A DNA stretch of 64,000 bases from Hemiscyllium ocellatum. Lineage: Eukaryota. A program made the position numbers and the translations under genes. The notes beneath the pieces were generated by a model. That model worked only from the letters and a program-made list of their open reading frames with translations, ran no database searches and was not told where the DNA came from. Positions 1 through 12,074 of this stretch are shown here, one piece after another; position 1 is the first letter of the stretch; each line of letters starts with the position of its first letter. The DNA is taken from assembly GCF_020745735.1 (NCBI RefSeq), contig NW_026869311.1, forward strand, positions 62,001 to 126,000, given 5' to 3'.

Positions 1-335
1 AAACAAAATCAAGGTGGTGAAAAACAAACTCCTACAGATGATTTTCGTCACAATGACAGAGATGAAATAGGACTGTAAATATCTTTGTGAGCTACAAGGA
101 CATAAATATCTAACTTTGTTACTGTTCCCATCAAATTCCTAACATTCTATTCTATGGGATATGGATAATGGCCAGGCCAGCATTTACCCCATCCCTAGAG
201 CCAATCATATTGCTGTAGGTGAGTCTGGAGTCCCGTGTAGGCCAGCTCAGGTAAGGACAGCAGATTTCTTTCCCTGAAGAGCAGTTGTGTACCAGGTCGG
301 GATTCTCCCTGACAATGGACAACAGCTTCATGGTC

Positions 336-583
336 GCAGAATGTGGTGCTGGAAAAGCACAGCAGGTCAGGCAGCATCCGAGGAGCAGGGGAATTGATGT
401 TTGGGGTATGAGCCCTCCATCAGGATAAAAGGCTGATACCCGAAATGTCGACTCGAGGGCCGATGGGCCTATACTACGCTGTAACGTTCTCCTGCTCCTC
501 AGATGCTGCCTGACCTGCTGTGCTTTTCCAGCACCACACATTTTGACTCTGACCCCCAGCATCTGCATTCCTCACTTTCTCCT
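336..583. mobile_element. Penelope-like fold-back element (degenerate hammerhead motifs) with a small CR1 3'-end insertion
   Basis: Long inverted arms (gtggtgctggaaaagcacagcaggtcaggcagcatc ... gatgctgcctgacctgctgtgcttttccagcaccac) flanked by a 15-bp direct repeat aacagctYcatggtc (321-335, 584-598). Confidence 0.7.
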
Positions 584-1704
584 AACAGCTCCATGGTCCT
601 CTTTGACTGGATATTTGGATGTGGAGGAGGGTGAAGGTGAAGCATTTACTTCTGTCCACATTGAATTCACAATGCCCTATCTAAATTGGTTAATGGAGCA
701 CTGTTCCACAGACTCCACTCCTGCCAATATCTTAACTTGGCTGCTGTTGAGGTGTACTTGTCTAGGTTATAGAGAGGCTTAGAGAGAGGAGTTTACTTCA
801 AATAGTGAACATTATGGCTACGTTCAGCATCGTCCAAGCAGCCACTCTTGCAGGTTCTCACGGTGTAGGGTTAAACTTCCCCAGTGAGTCTAATGCAGTA
901 ATTGTGGATTGGAGAGAGGGCCTAGGGCCATCACATGTTAAGATTACTGTGACATTCCACAGATTCACCAACTTTTCAGATTACCTAAACCAGGAAAGCT
1001 CTAAAGTAGACAAAAAAAATTCCAACCTTGCAGATTAGACAATAATATTCACAGGACAGTATCCTCACCACTTCAAGCACAGTTTAATGAGCTATGGAGA
1101 TAAGCCTCCAGGCTTTGCTTCTAAGAAAACCAGCAAGTTTAATACAGTTGTGATTTCCAGAGAGAACTTACTGTGAAACTTGCTCTAATTTAGGATGCAA
1201 GGAGTGGGGAAGGTGGTTATGGATTTGAAAAACCAAAACAGCTGAGGTTTTAGTCTAACTGGTGATGGTCAGATAGTGTTAGCAAAGTTATTAACAGCAG
1301 CACTGGCCCTTGCACTTGTCTACAGACAAAGTTTGTAAAACTCCTCTTGCAGATCAGAATCTGGTAGTGCTAGTCTCCCCCCATACTGGGGTAAACATTT
1401 GCTCCATAAAGCCTGCTCTATACCTGGTCTTATACCCACCCCACATATTTGGTGTCAGATGAAGTAATTTGGACTGGATTTAATTATTGATCTGGATCAA
1501 GAGATCCTCTGATAGCAAGTCACAGCACAGACCTATATACAGTTTGACCTACTAGGCAGCAAAAAACAATCCAACAATGAGCAGTTTATTTACAATTGGT
1601 ACATTCCATCATCAAGCCCAGGACAGTAAACTACTTCCACAGCTTCACATTCTATAGAACTCATTCATAGAGAAAACAACAAAGTCTTGCTCCCTGCAGT
1701 CAGT

Positions 1705-3442
<1,738 letters not shown>

Positions 3443-3670
3443 CTTCCCTATTCCCACACTCTATCACCTAGACAACCGCAGAACTAAGCCTCTCAGCCAC
3501 AAGCTCTTCTATTTATCCTCCTAGGACATCCTGCACCCAACAGGGAGTGGCAGCACCAATGATGATTGATGATCCCCAATAGCCTATCAGGAATCACCAG
3601 GCATATAAGTATCAATGAACAAAGGAGGAGGGGTTTGGCAAGGAGCCATAACCTAGAGCCAATCAGAGAT
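3443..3670 (-). promoter_or_regulatory. Ferritin core promoter and short 5' UTR, copy 1 (GGATAAATA TATA-like box, Inr-like TTAGTTC, CCAAT boxes)
   Basis: GGATAAATA at 3518-3510, ~30 nt upstream of Inr-like TTAGTTC (~3485). CCAAT at 3556 and AGCCAATCAGAG at ~3657. The same architecture precedes all eight intact 5' ends. Confidence 0.7.
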
Positions 3671-3850
3671 TTGGAATCAATCTTGCGATCATTGCTTATA
3701 GATGAATAGATCCTGAACAAACTCCTAACTTTCTGTTTGTCTATGGATGGATAAGAATGAATTTGAACAATCTGACCTAAACTGGTTCTTCTGCTTTATG
3801 GTCCAGTTTCTCTGAGGTTTCACACAATGACATCAGGTTCCGTTACAGAT

Positions 3851-4086
3851 GGAGAAAGTGAGGCCTGCAGATGCTGGAGATCAAAGTCGAGAGTGTGGTG
3901 CTAGAAAAACGCAGCCGGCCAGGCAGCATCTGAGGAGCAGGTGAACAGATGTTTTGGGCAAAATCCCAGTAAGGCTTATGAAGGGCTTGATGAAGCCTGA
4001 TTGAAGGGCTTATGCTCGAAATGTCGATTCTCTTTCTCGGACACTGTCTGACCTGCTGTGTTTTTCCAGCACCATAATATTGACTC
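3851..4086. mobile_element. Penelope-like fold-back element
   Basis: Same family arms in inverted orientation around tgaagggcttatgctcgaaatgtcg. Confidence 0.65.
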
Positions 4087-4891
4087 TAGCCAGACTACAG
4101 TTGGAGTACTGGGAACAGTTTTGGCCCCTGATCTAAAAAAGGGTTGGAGGCAGTCCAGAAAAGTATCACTAGGCTGATCCTATGGAAGGACTCTCTCATG
4201 AAGAGACAGTTGAGTGGGTCAGAATAACGAGAAAAGACATGACCTGTAACATGTGTTTCTTCAGGAGGTTGACAAGATGGATGCAGAGACGGTGGTTCCT
4301 CTTGTGAGAGTGACCAGCACCAGAGAGCGTCATCTCAGAGTAAGACATCACCAGTTGAAGATAGATAAGGAGATATTTCTCCCAATCCCTTCTGAATCTG
4401 TGGAATTCTTTCTTGCAGAGGGCTGTTAAGGATGGTTGAGATAGATTTTTAAGTTTGCAATGATCAAAGTTTATGGAGACAACCAAGGATATGGAGATGA
4501 GGATTATCAGATCAGTGATAATCTCATGGGGTGGCTCCCAATATTACACCCTCCCAAGAGGGACAATTCAAACTGGATTGAAGCCACCTGAATAGCAAGC
4601 TCTCAGGATAAACTGTTCCTTTTTATTGAGGTAATGGGTTTTCCACAACATGTGGCTGTCAGACCCAATGGGCTGAATAAGCTCCCTCTGCTCCTATTCG
4701 TTGGGACTCACTGATTTCACAATCACTACCTGCAAAGTGAGAATGGTGATGAGTGTGAAAACAAAGAGGCTGCAACGTTTTTGCATTTTTATTGTTTCAC
4801 AAAGGCATCGGGTGATTCGGTGGCTCATTGGTTAGCACTGCTGCCTCACAGCACCAGGGACCCTCAGGCAACAGTTTGTGTGGAGTTTACA

Positions 4892-6133
4892 GGCAGTGGA
4901 ATGTTCCTCCTGCAGGATGTTTGAGGTAGGGGTGACCACTGATACTCCTGCCAACTTCGTCTGCAGGAAATGCAGTCAGATCCTGCTCCTCACCGAACGA
5001 GTTAGGGAACTGGAACTGGAGTTGGATGAACTGAGGATTATTCGAGAGGCTGAGAGGGTGATTGATAGAAGCTACAGGGACATAGTTACGCCAGAGAACA
5101 GAGGTAGCTGGGTAACAGTTAGAGGTGGGAAGGGGAAGAAGCAGGCAGTGCAGGGATCCCCTGTGGTCGTTCCCCTAAAAAATAGGTATACAGCTTTGGA
5201 AACTGTTGGGGGGGATAGCCTTGCAGGTGTAAGCTGCAGTGAAGGGGTCTGTTGCGTGAGGTCTGTCTCTGAGACTAAGAAGGGAAAGGGGGAGAACAGG
5301 AGAGCGCTAGTTATAGGAGACTCTCTAGTTAGAGGGACGGACAGACGGTTCTGTGGACATGGGCGAGACTCTTGAATGGTTTGTTGCCTCCCGGGTGCCA
5401 GGGTCCGAGACGTCTCGGACCGTGTCTTCAGAATCCTTAAGGGGGAGGGTGTGCAGCCAGAAGTCGTGGTACACATTGGCACCAACGACATAGGTAGGAA
5501 GAGGGGTGGGGAGGTCATTCAAGAACTCAGGGAGTTAGATTAGATTAGATTACTTACAGTGTGGAAACAGGCCCTTCGGCCCAACAAGTCCACACCGACC
5601 CGCCGAAGCGCAACCCACCCATACCCCTACATTAACCCCTTACCTAACACTACGGGCAATTTAGCATGGCCAATTCACCTGGCCCGCACATCTTTGGACT
5701 GTGGGAGGAAACCGGAGCACCCGGAGGAAACCCACGCAGACACGGGGAGAACGTGCAAACTCCACACAGTCAGTCGCCTGAGTCGGGACTTGAACCCGGG
5801 TCTCAGGCGCTGTGAGGCAGCAGTGCTAACCACTGTGCTAACCACTGTGCCACTGTGCCGGCTGGAAGCTAAAAGCTAGGACAGACAGAGTCGTCATCTC
5901 TGGGTTGTTGCCGGTGCCACGTGACAGTGAGGCAAGGAATAGGGAGAGAGTGCAGTTGAACACGTGGCTGCAAGGATGGTGTAGGAGGGAGGGCTTAAGG
6001 TATTTGGACAATTGGACTGCATTCTGGGGAAGGTGGGACCTGTACAAACAGGACGGGTTGCACCTGAACCAGAAGGGCACCAATATCCTGGGGGGTAGGT
6101 TTGCTAGCACTCTTCGGGGGGGGTTTAAACTAA
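4892..6133 (+). pseudogene. CR1 ORF1 (zinc finger/leucine zipper + SGNH esterase), disrupted
   Basis: ORF track 4878-5375 and 5905-. Stop at 5373-5375 and SINE insertion at 5538-5859. Confidence 0.85.
5538..5859 (-). mobile_element. tRNA-derived V-SINE (HE1-like), young, nested in CR1 ORF1
   Basis: Minus strand: A box GGCACAGTGGTTAGCAC, B box GGTTCAAGTCC, V core TGTGTGGAGTTTGCACGTTCTCCCCGTGTCTGCGTGGGTTTCC, CR1-like 3' end and (TCTAA)n tail. Confidence 0.9.
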
Positions 6134-9030
6134 TTTGGCAGGGGGATGGGATCCAGACTTGTAGTCCAGCAAGTAAGCTAGCTGTGTTTCAGGATGTCCA
6201 AGAATGTAGGGAGGCTGTGGAGAAGGTAGCACTGACAGGGAATACTTGCAGACACAGAGATGGGCTCAAGTGCGTATACTTCAACGCAAGGAGTATCAGA
6301 AATAAGGTGGGTGAACTTAAAGCGTGGATCGGTACCTGGGACTACGATGTTGTGGCCATCACGGAAATGTGGATAGATGAGGGACAGGAATGGTTGTTGG
6401 AGGTTCCTGGTTACAGATGTTTCAGTAAGATTAGGGAGGGTGGTAAAAAAGGAGGGGGGGGTGGCATTGCTAATTAGAAATGGTATAACGGCTGCAGAAA
6501 GGAAGTTTGAGGGGGATCTGCCTTTGGAGGTAGTATGGGCTGAAGTCAGAAATAGGAAAGGTGCAGTCACCTTGTTGGGTGTTTACTATAGGCCCCCCAA
6601 TAGCAGCAGAGATGTAGAGGAACAGGAAGGGAAACAGATTTTGGAAAGGTGCAGAAGCCACAGGGTCATAGTCATGGGCGACTTCAACTTCCCAAATATT
6701 GATTGGAAGCTCTTTAGATCAAGTAGATTGAATGGGGCGGTGTTTGTGCAGTGTGTCCAGGAAGCTTTTCTAACTCAGTATGTAGATTGTCCAACCAGAG
6801 GGGAGGCCATATGGATTTGGTACTCGGTAATGAGGCGGGACAAGTGATGGGCTTGTTAGTGGGTGAACATTTTGGTGATGGTGACCACAATTCTGTGACT
6901 TTCACCTTGGTTATGGAGAGAGATAGGTACGCACAACAGGGTAGATTTTACAATTGGGGGAAGGGAAATTACGATGCTGTAAGACAGGATTTGAGGAGCA
7001 TAAGTTGGAAGCATAGGCTGTCAGGGAAGGATGTGGTGGAAATGTGGAACTTTTTCAAGGAGCAGATACGATGCGTCCTTGATATGTATGTACCTATCAG
7101 GCAGGAAAGAAATGATCGTGTGAGGGAGCCTTGGTTGACGAGGGAGGTTGAATGTCTAGTAAAGAGGAAGAAGGAGGCTTACATAAGGTTGAGGAAACAG
7201 GGTTCAGACAGAGCAGTGGAGGGATACAGGATAGCCAGAAGGGACCTGAAGAAAGGGATTAGGAGAGCTAAGAGAGGGCATGAAAAATCCTTGGCGGATA
7301 GGATCAAGGATAACCCCAAGGCATTTTATGCGTATGTGAGAAACATGAGAATGACGAGAACGAGGGTAGGTCCGATCAAGGACAGTAGTGGGAGATTGTG
7401 TATTGAGTCGGAACAGATAGGAGAGGTCTTGAACAAGTACTTTTCTTCAGTATTTACAAACGAGAGGGACCGTATTGTTGAAGAGGAGAGTGTGAAACGG
7501 ACTGGTAAACTAGAAAAGATACTTGTTAGGAAGGAAGGTGTGTTGGACATTTTGAACAACTTGAGGATAGACAAGTCCCCCGGGCCTGACGGGATATATC
7601 CTAGGATTATGTGGGAAGCAAGAGAGGAAATTGCAGTACCGTTGGCAATGATCTTTTCGTCTTCACTGTCAACGGGGGTGGTACCAGGTGATTGGAGAGT
7701 AGCGAATGTTGTGCCCCTGTTCAAAAAAGGGAATAGGGATAACCCCGGGAATTACAGGCCAGTTAGTCTTACTTCTGTGGTAGGCAAAGTAATGGAAAGG
7801 GTACTGAGGGATAGGATTTATGAGTATCTGGAAAGACACTGCTTGATTGGGGACAGCCAGCACGGATTTGTGAAGGGTAGGTCTTGCCTTACAAGTCTTA
7901 TTGAATTCTTTGAGGAGGTGACCAAGCATGTGGATGAGGGTAGAGCAGTGGGTGTAGTGTACATGGATTTTAGTAAGGCATTTGATAAGGTTTCCCATGG
8001 TAGGCTTATGCGGAAAGTCAGGAGGCATGGGATAGAGGGAAACTTGGCCAATTGGATTGAAAACTGGCTAACCGGTCGAAGTCAGAGAGTGGTGGTAGAT
8101 GGTAAATATTCAGCCTGGAGCCCAGTTACAAGTGGAGTTCCGCAGGGATCAGTTCTGGATCCTCTGCTGTTTGTAATTTTTATTAATGACTTGGATGAGG
8201 GAGTCGAAGGGTGGGTCAGTAAATTTGCAGATGATACGAAGATTGGTGGAGTTGTGGACAGTGAGGAGGGCTGTTGTCGGCTGCAAAGGGACTTAGATAT
8301 GATGCAGAGCTGGGCTGAGGAGTGGCAGATGGAGTTCAACCCTGCCAAGTGTGAGGTTGTCCATTTTGGAAGAACAAATAAGAATGCGGAATACAGGGTT
8401 AACGGTAGAGTTCTTAGTCAGGTGGAGGAACAGAGGGATCTTGGGGTCTATGTACATAGATCTTTGAAAGTTGCCACTCAGGTGGATAGAGCTTGTAAGA
8501 AGGCCTATGGTGTATTAGCGTTCATTAGCAGAGGGATCGAATTCAAGAGTCATGAAGTGATGTTGCAGCTGTACAGGACTTTGGTTAGGCCACATTTGGA
8601 GTACTGTGTGCAGTTCTGGTCGCCTCACTTTAGGAAAGATGTGGAAGCTTTGGAGAGGGTGCAGAGAAGATTTACCAGGATGTTGCCTGGAATGGAGAAT
8701 AGGTCGTACGAGGACAGGTTGAGAGTTCTCGGCCTTTTCTCATTGGAACGGCGAAGGATGAGGGGTGACTTGATAGAGGTTTATAAGATGATCAGAGGAA
8801 TAGATAGAGTAGACAGTCAGAAACTTTTTCCCCGGGTACAACAGAGTATTACAAGGGGACATAAATTTAAGGTGAAGGGTGGAAGGTATAGGGGAGATGT
8901 CAGGGGTGGGTTCTTTACCCAGAGAGTGGTGGGGGCATGGAATGCGCTGCCCGTGGCAGTGGTAGAGTCAGAATCATTGACGACCTTTAAGCGGCAATTG
9001 GATAGGTACATGGATGGGTGCTTAATCTAG
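6124..9030 (+). pseudogene. CR1 ORF2 endonuclease/reverse transcriptase (two frameshifts in the endonuclease part; RT segment open, ORF 6751-9030)
   Basis: Three overlapping ORFs (5905-6477, 6377-6847, 6751-9030) join into one APE-RT. Shifts at the G-run ~6455 and at ~6810. Confidence 0.92.
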
Positions 9031-9112
9031 GATAGATGTTCGGCACAACATCATGGGCCGAAGGGCCTGTTCTGTGCGGTATTGTTCTATGTTCTGTGTT
9101 CTATGTTCTATG

Positions 9113-9360
9113 TACACATTCTCTCTGTGTCTGCGTGCTCCAGTTTCCTCCCACAGTCCAAAGATGTGCAGTTTATGGTGGATTCGTGATGGGAAATTGT
9201 CCATAGAGTCCAGAGGTGTGTAGGTAGCTGGGTTAGCCATGGGAAATGAGGGATGTCAGAGATAAGGTAAGAAGGGGTGTATGGGTAAGATGCTTTTCTA
9301 AGCGTCAGTGTGAATTCAATGGGCTGAATGGCTTACTTTCACACTGTCGGGATTCTAAGA
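9113..9360 (+). mobile_element. 3' part of an older V-SINE split by the CR1 (5' part at ~4815-4891)
   Basis: ggagtttaca|...|tacacattct rejoins the V core. Paralog without the CR1 at 14552-14837. Confidence 0.8.
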
Positions 9361-10921
9361 TGGATGACTGAAGATTGAGATTTTAATGAATCGTGTGGCA
9401 TTTTTCAAACACGTGAGACCAACATAAACAATGGGTAATCACAACTGCAATAGCAACCAGGGTGGCACCCATTCAGAGGGGTAATGATACAACCAGATGG
9501 AGCAGAATGTATAAAGATTAAATCATTTGGCTACAATCAGTGCAGATTTACAAGTTGTTAGTTGTCACCCGACTGCTGCTGACAAACGGTTGGAGAATAT
9601 TGTGGGGGCAAGGAGGGAATATTCAGCTCAGTCATCTGGATTATTTCCTTAAATGTACTAGGAACTTTCTTTTTGGAATTCCTGGGGCAGAATTCCTCTT
9701 CCTAATATCTGTACTGGACAAGAACTGAAGGATGCTATTTGATGAGCACTGTGCTCCTGTATTATTTGGCTCCCTTGCAAAAGGAGACAGTAATTATAGG
9801 TCAGATTTGATTGAGTGTAGCATGTTTTGGTGATTTGAATCCAGAGACCTTGCACTGAGCTCTGACTGACCAAGGAGGTCACACTAGTTCTCAGGAAGTC
9901 TATTCCAGTCAAGTGAGTTCACAACCAGCCCAGTCTGGAACTGTTGGAGAGTAGAGGGTCCCTTTCCTACAAGCCCAGATGAGTCAGCGCTTGTTACAAG
10001 TACAAAGCAGCATTGTCTGCTATGAAGACAGCCTCTTAGATGTTGCAGAGCAGTGACATTATGACTACGTTGATGCACCTCAAAAAGGTATAGCATCTTT
10101 TCCATGCCACCCATTTCCTCGATTAATCTACTCCCATTTGGGATGTAAATCACCATACTTATCCAATCCCTGTAGTTATTGGAGTGTTGAAAGTGACAGT
10201 TATATTCCCCTCCACTACTATCTCTAAGCAGTCCATTCCAGAGACTGCACCCTCTGGCCTCTACATCTCTCCCTCTAAACGTATGCCTGGTCATTTTAGC
10301 CTCCCCTACTGAGGGGAGAAAACTCCCTCAATTTCACTCCTACAGAACACTGGAGGGATTGCACGTATTCTGCAAAATGCAGAAACTGCTTTTCCAGTGT
10401 TCACACTGTTAACAATGAACACATTTGAATGTTGCTCAATGCTCCAAAGACAGATTGGACATAAAGCAAGCAGTTCTATGGAGAGCATTCCCAGTGAATT
10501 AGGAACAGCAGTGGGACTGGTCTAAGTGAGGACTTACCAGGAAGCCAGTGTTGCCATGCTCCCTCAAAAAACCTAGATGGAATAAATCTGTTCACTTGTG
10601 CCATGACGACATTTGTGGCCAGTCCTCCTGTTTGGAGAGGAGGAGATTTATAAACCTAGTGTCACCCTCCCCAGAGGGACAATTCAAACTGGATTGAAAC
10701 CATCTGAATAGCAAGCTCTCAGGATAAATGTTCCTTTTTATTGTGGTAATGGGTTTTCCACAACAAGTTACATCTCATCATACCTCTTCACAACTGACAG
10801 ACATTCATCCAAACAAGTAAACAAAGTACAATATTGAGCAGTTTATTTACACTTGGCATATTTCATAATAGAGGGCAGGTCACTTTTTAAGAAAAAGTAA
10901 CCTTACTCTGCACGTCTCCCA

Positions 10922-11792
10922 TTAATACCAGAAGTTACACAGCTTGCTCCCTGCAGTCAGTTCAGTCACTCTCCCCCCCAGGATGAATCTGTCAAACAGG
11001 TACTCTCCCAGGCCATTCTCAGGGGCTCCCAGTCTCTTCAGGTTGGTGATGTGATCTCCCAGCTTCTTGATCATCTTCACTTGCTCATCCAAGTAGTGCC
11101 TCTCCAGGAAGTCACACAGCTGGAAGGGAAAGATGAAGATCAAATGCATCTTTTTCTCCTCTCCACCCCTCACCCCCACCTGAAAAAGAAATATTCCCAT
11201 TAATACAGGGGAGTGGATAGTTAAGTGATGTCACAAACTGCTGAGGAGCCTCTTTAAAATCAAAAAGCGCAGGTCTTGGCAACACCAGAAGCTTCTTCCA
11301 CTCCCATAACACCCTCCACCAGCAGGGATTGATTTTTGATCTGTTATTCAATTTATTACGCTAGAAGCAAAAAAGGTTAAAAATACCAAGAACTCACATG
11401 AGGGTCCATGTGGCCAGAGGAGAGTTTGTGCAGATCCAGCAGACTCTGGTTCACATCCTTCTCCATCTGCAGAGCTCTCTGCATTGCCTCCAGACCATTG
11501 CCCCACTCATCCTGCTCTGGCTTCTAGAGGAAGTGAAAAACATGGTGGTCACTTTCTTACAAGTGGTGTCCAATCCAGTAAAAGGTGGTCACAAGAAAGA
11601 AGAGGGCTGAACAAGGCACAAGTATAAACCAATTCGGTTAAGCCACTTCAAATCCATATTAAGTGAAGTTATTTCTAATTGAGTAGAATAGAAACTAAAT
11701 TAATCCAACCTTGACATCCTGCAGGAGGACTCGGCCTCCATGTTTATTCTGGAATTCCATCGGTTTTTCAGCGTGTTCCTGTTCTTCATGGG
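10922..11792 (-). pseudogene. Ferritin copy 2, 5'-deleted pseudogene
   Basis: Exon 4 (11119-10962, +2 nt in G-run, reads on to a stop at 10922), exon 3 (11523-11398) and only the 3' part of exon 2 (11792-11710, with L66P, R73H, R60Q). At 11793 the sequence jumps into DNA paralogous to the copy-1 upstream flank (~4143). No exon 1 or promoter. Confidence 0.92.
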
Positions 11793-12074
11793 CTGGAGGT
11801 AGTCCAGAAAAGTATCACTGGGCTGATCCTATGGAAGGACTCTCTCATGAAGAGCAGTTGAGCGGATCAGGATAATAAGAAAAGACATGACCTGTAACAT
11901 GTGTTTCTTTGGTAGGTTGACAAGGTGAATGCAGAGAGGCTGGTTCCCCTTGTGACAGTGACCAGGACCAGAGAGCATCATCTCAGAGTAAGACATCATC
12001 CGCTGAAGACAGATAAGGAGAAATTTCTCCTCATCACTTCTGAATTTGTGGAATTCTTTATTGCAGAGGGCTGT

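Larger units (their letters stand above)
4892..9112 (+). mobile_element. Near full-length CR1-clade LINE (HER1-like)
   Basis: ORF1 with CxxC..CxxC finger, coiled coil and SGNH esterase (VIGDSLVRG ... DGLHLN). ORF2 with APE endonuclease (YFNARS, GDFNFP, GDHN) and RT (QHGF, GVPQGS, FADD). (TTCTATG)n tail and TACA target duplication (4888-4891/9113-9116) inside an older SINE. Confidence 0.96.

Noticed and set aside
6751-9030. 759-aa ORF as a host gene or currently autonomous element
   Set aside because: It is the RT part of a CR1 whose endonuclease is frameshifted, whose ORF1 is disrupted and whose 5' UTR is missing.
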